A stretch of 51,567 nucleotides of DNA from an uncultured Desulfobacterales bacterium. Its GTDB lineage: Bacteria; Desulfobacterota; Desulfobacteria; Desulfobacterales; C00003060. The stretch covers positions 1-51,567 of the forward strand of contig CAYSBQ010000002.1 of assembly GCA_964429315.1 (NCBI GenBank), read 5' to 3'. The position numbers and the translations under genes are program-made. Under the pieces are notes generated by a model that saw only the letters and a program-made list of their open reading frames with translations, was not told the DNA's origin and made no database searches. This document shows positions 34,343-43,651 of the stretch, piece by piece; position 1 is the stretch's first letter; each line of letters begins with the position of its first letter.

Positions 34343-34750
34343 ATGAAGAAAGTAAGGGCTTTTATCCTCTGTTTCATTTTCGTCTATTCCGGCATAGCCT
34401 TGGCCGGCGATGATCCAATGAAAGGCCCGTGGGGATACCATGACGAAGAGACTTTGTGCCAACAACATGCAAAGGATTCGCGGAACCTAGGGACTATTTC
34501 TGTGAGGCTTTACAGAAGATACGTTTCACCCATTGACGGAAGTGATTGTCCGATGTATCCGTCATGCTCCCAATATGGTATAGAGTGCCTTGAAAAACAC
34601 GGCCTTTTCGTTGGCTGGACAATGATCTGGGATCGGCTGTATCGTTGTGGACGAGATGAATTGAGACTATCTCCGTGGACCATCTTGGATGGCGAACTGA
34701 AATGCTATGATCCAGTAAAGCATAATGATTTTTGGTGGAGCCGAAAATGA
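34343..34750 (+). CDS. YidD (DUF37) domain protein with an N-terminal signal peptide and extensions
   Basis: 135 aa. MKKVRAFILCFIFVYSGIALA signal. YRRYVSPIDGSDCPMYPSCSQYGIECLEKHG is the YidD core. Confidence 0.7.
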   Translation: MKKVRAFILCFIFVYSGIALAGDDPMKGPWGYHDEETLCQQHAKDSRNLGTISVRLYRRYVSPIDGSDCPMYPSCSQYGIECLEKHGLFVGWTMIWDRLYRCGRDELRLSPWTILDGELKCYDPVKHNDFWWSRK

Positions 34751-35679
34751 ATAGGCGCCTTGTTATCTTTGTAACACTTTTAGCCGTTTTGTTGTGTGAC
34801 CTTCCCCTGGCTCATGGTCAGATATCCGTTGTTATAAAGGCCGATGAACAATTCCGGTTTGCTGAAAATTACTTTCAAGAAGGAGAATACTACAGGGCTA
34901 TCAGCGAATATGAACGGTTTTTGTACTTTTTCCCTGAGGATCATCGCGTGGAATTGGTCTCATATAAGGTGGGGCAATCCTATCTCAACGGTAAACGCTT
35001 CAAGCAAGCCATTGGCGCCTTCAATGTCCTGATCGAAAAATATCGTAACACAGAATTTGCTGTAAAAGCATACTTCAGATTGGCCGAGTGCCACCAGAAA
35101 TTGAAAGATCTCCAAAAGGCCCTTGCCGCGCTGGACAAGCTATTGGCAGTATCCGATAAAACCGAAATAAGAGACGAGACATTTTACCGCAAGGGATGGA
35201 TCTATCTCGATATGGACAAATGGGAAAAAGCGCAAACTTTTTTTGACAAGATTAGCCCGGCAAATAGGGAGATCTACCGACTTAAGCAGCTATCTGAAGA
35301 CATGAACAAAAAAAAATTCTTGAAAATTAAAAACCCCACAGCAGCCGGCTTGCTTGCAATCCTGCCCGGGGCGGGTCATCTCTATTGTGAAAGGTATCAA
35401 GATGCCTTCATCGCTTTTTTGCTAAATAGTGCCATGATCTTAGCTGCATACGAAGCCTTTGACCATAACAACGAGGCACTGGGGGGATTAATCACTTTTT
35501 TTGAGTTAGGGCTATATTCGGGCAATATTTACAGTGCCGCAAACTGTGCCCACAAATACAACCGGAAACAGAAGCAAGGATTTCTACAATATCTAAAGGA
35601 GCATTCGGTATTAGAGGCTTCTACAGGAAAAATAGATCAGGGTCACGCAATAGCCTTGTCCTATAAGTTCACCTTTTGA
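34747..35679 (+). CDS. TPR (BamD/YfiO-like) protein with a C-terminal membrane domain
   Basis: Start chosen at ATG 34747 (ATGA overlap with the YidD-like stop). Signal-like MNRRLVIFVTLLAVLLC, TPR units, then hydrophobic AAGLLAILPGAGHLY...ITFFELGLYSGNIY. Confidence 0.7.
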   Translation: MNRRLVIFVTLLAVLLCDLPLAHGQISVVIKADEQFRFAENYFQEGEYYRAISEYERFLYFFPEDHRVELVSYKVGQSYLNGKRFKQAIGAFNVLIEKYRNTEFAVKAYFRLAECHQKLKDLQKALAALDKLLAVSDKTEIRDETFYRKGWIYLDMDKWEKAQTFFDKISPANREIYRLKQLSEDMNKKKFLKIKNPTAAGLLAILPGAGHLYCERYQDAFIAFLLNSAMILAAYEAFDHNNEALGGLITFFELGLYSGNIYSAANCAHKYNRKQKQGFLQYLKEHSVLEASTGKIDQGHAIALSYKFTF

Positions 35680-35758
35680 CCTTACGCCCCTAACCCGTCA
35701 TAAGTGGTCTTTGTTTCCTCCCTCTTTTGACCCTTTCATCATAGTCTTATGAATTCTT

Positions 35759-38700
35759 ATGCGTGATCCAGCCATCTACATAAAAGGGGCCAGGCAAAAC
35801 AACCTCAAGAACCTTGACCTTAAAATCCCCCTCAACCAGATCACAGTAGTCACCGGGGTTAGCGGATCCGGGAAGTCTTCGCTCGCCTTTGACACCTTGT
35901 ATGCCGAAGGGCAACGCAGGTACGTGGAGACCTTCTCACCTTATGCCCGACAATTCATGGACCGTATGGATCGACCTCAAGTAGATCGTATTGAGGGAAT
36001 CCCGCCGGCCATCGCCATTGACCGCAAGGCTCCGGTGCGAACCTCCCGCTCCACGGTGGGGACCATGACGGAATTGACTGACTACGTGAAGCTCCTCTAC
36101 GCCCGTCTGGGACAACTCCACTGCAAAGGATGCGGTAGACCGGTCATACCTGAAACCCCACAGTATGTATGGGAACTCTTGCAGGATCTGTCCGATGGTA
36201 TCCAGGTCGTCATTACCTTTCCCTTCTCCGTTAAAGGGAAAGAACCCGTCACAGGGTACAAAGAACTGGCACGGCTCGGCTTTGATCGCTTTTTTTGTGA
36301 CGGCAAGGTTTGGCCCATTGAGAACAAAGGGGCAAAGGAAGATCTCGAATCGTTCCATATAGTTGTAGACCGGGTCATACTCCGAAAAAAGGACAAAACG
36401 AGAATCATAGCCTCCCTGGAGCAGGCCTTCCATTTCGGGCAGAGCTACTTCGATGTTTGGATCAAGCCTGCCGGCGCTGATTCTAATTCAAACGAACAGA
36501 ATCAACACCTTTCTTTCAGCAATACCCTGGAATGTGCTAAATGTAAGATCTCCTATACCCCTCCACAGCACAACCTCTTTTCTTTTAACAGCCCCCTTGG
36601 AGCCTGTGAGAATTGCAGGGGATTTGGTCGGATCATCGATATTGATTTGGACCTCGTCATCCCGGACCCCAACCTTTCCCTGGAAGACGGCGCCATCAAG
36701 CCTTGGGGAGACTGGCTAGACCATCGCATGGAATATGAAGACTTGATAGCCTTTTGTCGGCGCAAGAAAATACCAACCCGGATTCCATTTCAAGACCTCA
36801 AAAGCCACCACAAAGATGCCTTAATTGAGGGTACGTCCCGCTACTACGGAGTACGCGGTTTTTTTAACTGGCTCGAATCGAGAAAATACAAGATGCATGT
36901 GCGGGTTTTCCTTTCCCGATACCGTCTATACACGATTTGCTCTCGGTGTAATGGAACGCGCTTTAAGGAAGAGGCCCTGCTGTATCGACTTGGGGGGCTG
37001 AATATCGGCGAGCTTTACGCATTGAATGTAGATAAGGCCAATGAGTTCTTTGCATCGCTCCGCATACCACCCTTGGATGAAGCCGGCATGCTTGTCTTGG
37101 ACGAAATCCGAAACCGGCTAAGATATCTTCGAGACGTAGGGCTCGGTTATCTTGCTCTCAACAGGCAATCCCGTACTCTTTCCGGGGGTGAGGTCCAGCG
37201 CGTGGCCTTGGCTTCCGCCCTCGGGTCTTCACTGGTCAACACCCTCTATGTCCTTGATGAACCAAGTATCGGCCTTCACCCCAGAGATAACCATCGCCTT
37301 ATCCGTATAATGAAGGGTCTAAGAGACCTTCAGAACACATTGGTTGTAGTGGAGCATGACCCTGAGATCATCAGTCAAAGTGACCTCATCCTCGATCTCG
37401 GCCCCGGGGCAGGCAAGCAGGGTGGGAATGTGATGTATTTCGGTCCCACGGCGAGCGTGAATAGCTCCCTTACCGGACAGTATCTCAAGGGTGAGCGCTT
37501 CATCCCAGCGCCCAAGAAACGGCGAAAACCTAAGAAGGGACTGTGGCTCACGATCCAAGGGGCCTGCGAACACAATCTAAAGGATATAGATGTGCATATC
37601 CCCTTGGGTCTTATGGTCTGTTTGACCGGTGTTTCAGGCTCCGGCAAATCGACTCTGGCAGAAGAGATCCTTTATAAGGCCATCAAGTGGGCCAAGTGGG
37701 ACCCACGGGGCCGCGCCGGTCATCACAAGGCAATTGAAGGTATGGAACATATTGTGGACGCAATCCTTGTAGACCAACGACCCATTGGACGGACTCCCAG
37801 AGCAAATCCTTTGACTTATACCAAGGCGATGGGCCCAATCCGCAACCTCTTGGCTAACACACATGATGCGTGTGCTGGTAAGCTTGGGCCGAGCCATTTC
37901 TCCTTCAATGTAGCTGGAGGAAGATGTGATACATGCCGCGGGGAAGGATTTGAAAAGATTGAAATGCAGTTTCTCTCTGATGTCTATGTCTCTTGCCCTG
38001 ACTGCAAAGGGAAGCGATTCAAAGACAAGGTCCTGAAGGTAACATACAAAGGGAAAAACATCTACAATATCCTTTCTATGACTGTGGATGAGGCCCTTAG
38101 CTTTTTTGAAGATCAACCAAAAGTGGAAACTGCCCTAAGACCGATGGCAGATGTGGGACTCGGTTATGTACGCCTTGGACAACCCATAAACACATTTTCC
38201 GGAGGTGAGGCCCAGCGGCTCAAGCTCTCCCGATACTTAAAGGAGAGCACCGGCAATTCTAAACTTTTTATCTTTGACGAGCCGACAACAGGTCTTCATT
38301 TTAACGACATTGAAAAGCTCCTGGCTGTCCTGCAAAGGCTTGTCGCTGAAGGCAATACGGTATTGCTGATAGAACATAATATGGATGTCGCAAAGGCGGC
38401 TGACTGGATTATTGACTTGGGGCCTGAGGGTGGAGAAGATGGAGGTCAAATCGTTGCAACCGGGCCACCTGAAAAAATAGCAAAAGAAGCGGGATCTCAT
38501 ACAGGCCGGTTCCTTAAGGCCTATTTAACCAACCGGGGTCGTTTAGAACCCGACAACCTCTCTGATCCTGGGTCCAAGATGGTTTTCGCCACTTCCACGC
38601 TGCCCGTCTCACATAAAGGGAAAGGTTTTGGAACAAGCAATGCCGCAGCGGTGACCACCATTTCAGAACCGTCCGATCTAAGACAGTCTATGGGCTTCTC

Positions 38701-41173
38701 GTCGGCTATTACCATAAAAGGCGCAAGAGAGCATAACCTCAAGAATTTGACACTGTCCATTCCACGCAACCAACTTGTGGTCCTCACGGGAGTGTCCGGC
38801 TCGGGTAAATCGACACTCGCCTTTGACATCCTCTTCGCCGAAGGACAGCGCCGCTATTTGGAAAGCCTAACCCCTTATGTGCGACAATATATACAGGCGC
38901 TTGAACGCCCCGAAGTAGATGTCATATCCGGCCTTCCGCCTACGGTTGCTATTGAACAGCGTATCAGTCACGCCAGCCGTCGCTCTACAGTAGCAACCCT
39001 AACGGAAATCTACCACTTTTTGAGATTGTTATACAGCAAACTGGGTTCTCAACACTGCCCCGGCTGTGGACGCAAATTGACCGCCCGGAGCCCGGAACAA
39101 ATAGCAATTCAAATCAAGCGGCGTTACAAAAACAAGAAAGCGATTGTCCTGGCTCCCAAGATATCAGGAAGAAAAGGCTTTCAAAAGGATGTCTTGGCCC
39201 AGGCGCGGCGAAAAGGCTTTTCGGAAGCAAGGATTGATGGTGTTATGACCGGGCTTGAAAAGCACATGGCCCTCGCACGCTACCACGAACACACTATCGA
39301 GGTTGTTGTTGGGCGACTTCCTGCGGCAGATCCGGACAGCGTTGTGTCACAGGCCCTTAAAGAAGGCAACGAACACCTCATCATCGTCGACTCCAGTGGA
39401 CATGAAGAAGTCTTCAGTCAACATGCTACCTGCCCTGTATGCGGTCTTGGCCTCCAAATGCCGGACCCTCGGCTTTTTTCTTTTAACAGCAGCCATGGAG
39501 CCTGTCCCGAGTGTGATGGTCTGGGTGACATAGGACACAAGGATGAACGCCGCGTGTGTCCCCGCTGCCGTGGAAGTCGTCTCGGTCAAAGGGCATTGGC
39601 AGTAAAGATAGGCGGCCATACTATCTGGGACCTGGTACAACAACCATCCGACAAAATCTTTTCAATCTTGAAAGGTCTTTCCTTTCCCAAAGAACAACTA
39701 CCCATTGCAGAGCCAATCCTGGCAGAGGTCCTAACGCGACTTGCTCTGCTTAACCGGCTCGGATTGTCCTATCTTTCGCTAGGCAGAAGCGGCGACACCC
39801 TCTCCGGGGGTGAGGCCCAACGAGTCCGGCTGGCAGCTCAACTCGGATCAAACCTGACAGGCGTATGCTATATTCTGGATGAGCCTACCATCGGGCTTCA
39901 TGCCAGGGACAATAGGATGCTCCTTAATGCTCTAGTGGAACTCAAGGAAAAAGGCAATTCAATCCTGGTAGTAGAACATGATGAGGAGACCATTCGAGCT
40001 GCCGACCATATCATCGATCTCGGCCCGGGAGCCGGCCGGGATGGGGGACAAATCGTGGCAAGTGGCAGCCTGAAAGATCTAAAGAGCGTTGCCGAATCTA
40101 TTACCGGCGCCTGTCTTAACTCAATAACCCGCACGGTTACCTCCCGTCTCAGGCCGTATAACAAGCTACCCGGCCTCACCATTCACAAGGCAAAAGAACA
40201 TAACCTAAAGGGGATAGACGTGGGGTTTCCCCTGGGAACCTTGATTTGTGTGACGGGTGTATCGGGATCGGGAAAATCTACCCTTCTTAAAGATGTTTTG
40301 TACCACGGAGTGCGTGAACGTCTATTGAAGAAACCCTCCGGCATAAGAAACTATGAGAAAATAGAAGGCTGGCAAAATCTAAACCGTATACTGGAAGTAG
40401 ACCACCGCCCCATTGGCCGCACCCCCCGCTCTGTGCCAGGTTCTTATGTGGGATTTTTGTCCGATATAAGAAGGCTTCTTTCTAACACCCCCGAGGCACG
40501 TGCCCGAGGATATGAGGCCGGTCGGTTTTCTTTCAATGTGGCTGCCGGTCGTTGTGCGGTCTGCAAAGGCCATGGCAGCCTAAAAGTTGCTATGAACTTT
40601 CTGCCCGATGTCTATATACACTGTGAGGTATGTGGTGGAAGACGATTTGATCAGGAAACCCTGGCAGTAACCTACAAAGGAAAGAATATTGCTGAAATCC
40701 TGGATCTTACTTTCAAAGAGGCCGGAGACTTCTTTGCTGCCATTCCTTCGATTTGTAGGCCGGTTTGTTTTGTATGTGATATCGGCCTAGGCTATCTGCG
40801 CCTCGGTCAAGCCAGCCCTACTCTTTCCGGGGGGGAGGCCCAACGTATTAAACTAGCCAAAGAATTGGCCAAGCCGTCAAAGGGCCAAGATCACAACACG
40901 CTCTATATCCTGGATGAACCAACCACAGGGCTACACCTTGACGACATTCACCAACTCTTAAAAGTCCTGCAAGCGCTCGTTGATCAAGGGAATACTGTGG
41001 CTGTCATCGAACATAACATGGAAGTCATAAAAGAGGCCGACTTCATAATCGACCTTGGTCCCGAAGGAGGAGATCATGGGGGGCAGGTCGTGGCAACAGG
41101 TTCACCCTTGGAACTTCTTTCCAACCCAAAGACCTCTCATACAGCTTGCTATCTAAAGGAATATCTTGTGTAG
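35759..41173 (+). CDS. uvrA: tandem-fused double UvrA (two complete UvrA-like units, four ABC nucleotide-binding domains, 1804 aa)
   Basis: Four Walker A motifs (GVSGSGKSS/T) and four signatures (LSGGEVQR, FSGGEAQR, LSGGEAQR x2). Unit 1 is about aa 1-922, the linker about 60 aa, and unit 2 about aa 984-1804. UvrA-type zinc modules are present in both units. Confidence 0.9.
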   Translation: MRDPAIYIKGARQNNLKNLDLKIPLNQITVVTGVSGSGKSSLAFDTLYAEGQRRYVETFSPYARQFMDRMDRPQVDRIEGIPPAIAIDRKAPVRTSRSTVGTMTELTDYVKLLYARLGQLHCKGCGRPVIPETPQYVWELLQDLSDGIQVVITFPFSVKGKEPVTGYKELARLGFDRFFCDGKVWPIENKGAKEDLESFHIVVDRVILRKKDKTRIIASLEQAFHFGQSYFDVWIKPAGADSNSNEQNQHLSFSNTLECAKCKISYTPPQHNLFSFNSPLGACENCRGFGRIIDIDLDLVIPDPNLSLEDGAIKPWGDWLDHRMEYEDLIAFCRRKKIPTRIPFQDLKSHHKDALIEGTSRYYGVRGFFNWLESRKYKMHVRVFLSRYRLYTICSRCNGTRFKEEALLYRLGGLNIGELYALNVDKANEFFASLRIPPLDEAGMLVLDEIRNRLRYLRDVGLGYLALNRQSRTLSGGEVQRVALASALGSSLVNTLYVLDEPSIGLHPRDNHRLIRIMKGLRDLQNTLVVVEHDPEIISQSDLILDLGPGAGKQGGNVMYFGPTASVNSSLTGQYLKGERFIPAPKKRRKPKKGLWLTIQGACEHNLKDIDVHIPLGLMVCLTGVSGSGKSTLAEEILYKAIKWAKWDPRGRAGHHKAIEGMEHIVDAILVDQRPIGRTPRANPLTYTKAMGPIRNLLANTHDACAGKLGPSHFSFNVAGGRCDTCRGEGFEKIEMQFLSDVYVSCPDCKGKRFKDKVLKVTYKGKNIYNILSMTVDEALSFFEDQPKVETALRPMADVGLGYVRLGQPINTFSGGEAQRLKLSRYLKESTGNSKLFIFDEPTTGLHFNDIEKLLAVLQRLVAEGNTVLLIEHNMDVAKAADWIIDLGPEGGEDGGQIVATGPPEKIAKEAGSHTGRFLKAYLTNRGRLEPDNLSDPGSKMVFATSTLPVSHKGKGFGTSNAAAVTTISEPSDLRQSMGFSSAITIKGAREHNLKNLTLSIPRNQLVVLTGVSGSGKSTLAFDILFAEGQRRYLESLTPYVRQYIQALERPEVDVISGLPPTVAIEQRISHASRRSTVATLTEIYHFLRLLYSKLGSQHCPGCGRKLTARSPEQIAIQIKRRYKNKKAIVLAPKISGRKGFQKDVLAQARRKGFSEARIDGVMTGLEKHMALARYHEHTIEVVVGRLPAADPDSVVSQALKEGNEHLIIVDSSGHEEVFSQHATCPVCGLGLQMPDPRLFSFNSSHGACPECDGLGDIGHKDERRVCPRCRGSRLGQRALAVKIGGHTIWDLVQQPSDKIFSILKGLSFPKEQLPIAEPILAEVLTRLALLNRLGLSYLSLGRSGDTLSGGEAQRVRLAAQLGSNLTGVCYILDEPTIGLHARDNRMLLNALVELKEKGNSILVVEHDEETIRAADHIIDLGPGAGRDGGQIVASGSLKDLKSVAESITGACLNSITRTVTSRLRPYNKLPGLTIHKAKEHNLKGIDVGFPLGTLICVTGVSGSGKSTLLKDVLYHGVRERLLKKPSGIRNYEKIEGWQNLNRILEVDHRPIGRTPRSVPGSYVGFLSDIRRLLSNTPEARARGYEAGRFSFNVAAGRCAVCKGHGSLKVAMNFLPDVYIHCEVCGGRRFDQETLAVTYKGKNIAEILDLTFKEAGDFFAAIPSICRPVCFVCDIGLGYLRLGQASPTLSGGEAQRIKLAKELAKPSKGQDHNTLYILDEPTTGLHLDDIHQLLKVLQALVDQGNTVAVIEHNMEVIKEADFIIDLGPEGGDHGGQVVATGSPLELLSNPKTSHTACYLKEYLV

Positions 41174-41676
41174 CTTTTTAAATAAGCGCTCACAGGTTCA
41201 GGGTTCAACTTTTTTCTTGACACATTACAATATATTGTGCTTATGTGCTATGAGTACTGGAATATATGGATATGAGGAGGACTTTCAGCGAAAGTAGTAA
41301 AGACGTTGAATCTCGAAAAGATCGGAGCATGTGAGAAGCTGGGCCTGTATTTGTATTAGACTTTCACTAGTCCTTAAAGCATTGACATGCACGTTGCCCA
41401 CCCGAGAAAACGTTTGCAACCCTACCGACTGCAAGAACGATCAAGGTCTCCCGGTCCTGCAGGCAGGATCGGTATTTTTCCTTTCCCAGACAAAACCTTA
41501 GCCCTTATTATCATCCCGGAATCCCCAGAAGTTTTTCCAATCAAGCCAGATGCTTTTTCAGTCAAGATGATCCAACAAAAACAGATAGGAACAAACCATT
41601 TCCAATCTTTAACGCCGGGAAAAAGCGACGTTTGGCGAATCAAAATCCAACAATCAAAACATAAGGAGGATACGCC

Positions 41677-42750
41677 ATGAGAAAAATTGCTCTCGTCAAC
41701 CAAAAGGGCGGCTGCGGGAAGACCACGACCGCAATCAACATGGCATCTTGTCTGGCAAATGCGGGCAAGAAGGTTTTGCTGGTTGATCTGGACCCTCAAG
41801 GGCATGTGGCATTGGGCCTGGGAATAGAGACTGAAGGGATGGATAAGAGCATCTATGAAGTGTTATTGGGAGAAACGCCAATAACCAATGTCATTGTGAC
41901 CTTATCGGACAACCTTGATGCCGTTTTAAGCGATGTTATCCTAAGCGCCTTTGAACAGTCTATGGCCGGCACTCCGGGGCGGGAAAACAGACTCAGACAG
42001 AGCCTCAAGATTGTCGAAGACGATTACGAATACCTCATCATTGACAGCCCACCCAGCGTAGGGCTTTTAACCTTTAATGGTCTCATGGCCTCAAACGAGT
42101 TGATTATCCCCGTAGACCCCAGCCGCTTTTCTTTGCACGGACTAGGAAAACTACTGGAAACCCTCCAGATAATCGAGGAACAGGCGGGGCATAGGTTGTC
42201 CGTCAAGATTCTTGCCACAAATATTGATCTAAGGACCAATTTCTGTAAAGAAGTGCTGGAAACACTTATGGAACACTTTTCTGATAAATGTTTTGATGCC
42301 GTTATCCACACGTGCACCAGGATAAGGGAAGCTACCAGTCATGGCAAATCTGTTGTTGAATATGACAAACATTGTAACGCCTTTCGAGACTACCAAGAAC
42401 TAACACAGGAAATCCTCGGTCAGGAAGCTGATATGGAGGCGCGAGTGGCCCGGCTTGAACTCCTGTCAGAGATTGAAAAAGAGGAGGAGGAACAAAGGAC
42501 GGTTATGTTTACTGTAGAGGCGCCGGTGAACGCCGACGTACAAATTGCCGGGGATTTTAATCAGTGGCAACCCGAGGTTCTTCACTTTACCGACACTCCG
42601 GGAGAACCGGCATGGCAAAAACTCATCACCCTTAGCCCCGGTTCCTACGAATACAAATATCTCGTTAACGGTCTGTGGGTTGTTGATCCGGACAATGATA
42701 AGATTATAGACAACCCATTGGGCGGTACTAATTCCATCATAGATGTTTAG
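41677..42750 (+). CDS. ParA/MinD-family ATPase fused to a C-terminal CBM48 / AMPK-beta-type glycan-binding domain
   Basis: 357 aa. Deviant Walker A NQKGGCGKTT, VLLVDLDPQG, YLIIDSPPS. An acidic coiled linker follows. The C-terminus is VMFTVEAPVNADVQIAGDFNQWQPEV...GSYEYKYLVNGLWVVDPDN...GGTNSIIDV. AAGGAGGA RBS. Confidence 0.85.
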   Translation: MRKIALVNQKGGCGKTTTAINMASCLANAGKKVLLVDLDPQGHVALGLGIETEGMDKSIYEVLLGETPITNVIVTLSDNLDAVLSDVILSAFEQSMAGTPGRENRLRQSLKIVEDDYEYLIIDSPPSVGLLTFNGLMASNELIIPVDPSRFSLHGLGKLLETLQIIEEQAGHRLSVKILATNIDLRTNFCKEVLETLMEHFSDKCFDAVIHTCTRIREATSHGKSVVEYDKHCNAFRDYQELTQEILGQEADMEARVARLELLSEIEKEEEEQRTVMFTVEAPVNADVQIAGDFNQWQPEVLHFTDTPGEPAWQKLITLSPGSYEYKYLVNGLWVVDPDNDKIIDNPLGGTNSIIDV

Positions 42751-42805
42751 CTTTCAAAAAAGTTCGGCTTGCACAGCTACTTTAAGAATGAAGAAGTAAC
42801 ATAGA

Positions 42806-43558
42806 ATGGAAGAGAAAAAAACGGCTAGAAGCCTGGAAGATGTATCGCATTTTTTCCTTTCAGGTCACGATTCTTCTAATCAACCCTGCGGTCCCTCAAG
42901 AAAAAAGGGTCGGGGCGACCCTGTCCAAACCGCCGCTTTGTCTGAAGATATCCACCGAAGAGAGCGTCCCGTTTATAAGGGATTTGTCACGATGAAATCA
43001 ACACGTAGAACCGATGTTTCATCGGTACCCAAAGACCGGTTAGTAGAAGCAGCCGGGCAATTCTTGCTCAATCTTGGATCGTACGAAGATGCCTCTGTCG
43101 AAGAAAATATTGCTTCTCCCAAGTTCGGTTCATCAGATCTATTGCTTACTAATAAGGCCAAGACCGATATTGTTTGTGCTAGGCTAAACAATGGGAAAAA
43201 CTGTGAGGCTTTTATAGTTTCAGCCATTGCCTATTATTTCTGGTTTAGGGAATTTTTGCAAGTGGGCCAGTGTTTGTTCAACGGAAAACCCCGGCTCGAA
43301 ATGTACTTCTTCTTAGACGATCTGCCCGCTGTAGTTTCACACATGTTGGAAAAACTGAGAGAAAATGTGAGGGTGCATCTGGTTAAATACAATATATTAC
43401 AAGTCGAAGGCCTTAAAGGCCTAGCTATATATTTCCAGCATATCTTCCCCGATAACAATGTCAAAAGAATTTTTGGGGGGCCGCAAATCACCGAAGAAAC
43501 CCCTGTTTGCGACTCAATACCTTTGAATATCCCAAACTCAAGCCCTCTGTGTCGCTGA
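42806..43558 (+). CDS. hypothetical 250-aa protein downstream of the ParA-CBM48 gene
   Basis: Co-oriented with a 55-nt gap. Charged, disordered N-terminus (MEEKKTARSLEDVSHFFLSGHDSS...KKGRGD) and a folded-looking C-terminal half. No SD sequence. Confidence 0.5.
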   Translation: MEEKKTARSLEDVSHFFLSGHDSSNQPCGPSRKKGRGDPVQTAALSEDIHRRERPVYKGFVTMKSTRRTDVSSVPKDRLVEAAGQFLLNLGSYEDASVEENIASPKFGSSDLLLTNKAKTDIVCARLNNGKNCEAFIVSAIAYYFWFREFLQVGQCLFNGKPRLEMYFFLDDLPAVVSHMLEKLRENVRVHLVKYNILQVEGLKGLAIYFQHIFPDNNVKRIFGGPQITEETPVCDSIPLNIPNSSPLCR

Positions 43559-43616
43559 AACAACTCAAACACCATGAGCAAGGTGGATAAAGCTTTTTGT
43601 GAAGACTAGTAAGCCT

Positions 43617-43645
43617 TTGACACCCCTACCCCTTTCTGATAGACG
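43617..43645 (+). promoter_or_regulatory. possible promoter TTGACA-17-TAGACG placed so the purSL mRNA would be leaderless
   Basis: cTTGACAcccctacccctttctgaTAGACGtgctccATG. Six nt separate the -10 element from the ATG, and there is no SD sequence. Confidence 0.3.
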
Positions 43646-43651
43646 TGCTCC

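Noticed and set aside
41387-41805. 97-aa (plus strand) and 127-aa (minus strand) ORFs in the spacer upstream of the ParA-CBM48 gene
   Set aside because: Neither has a Shine-Dalgarno sequence. The sequences are Pro/Arg/Ser-rich and non-protein-like. The minus-strand ORF runs into the ParA start. Both are treated as non-coding.
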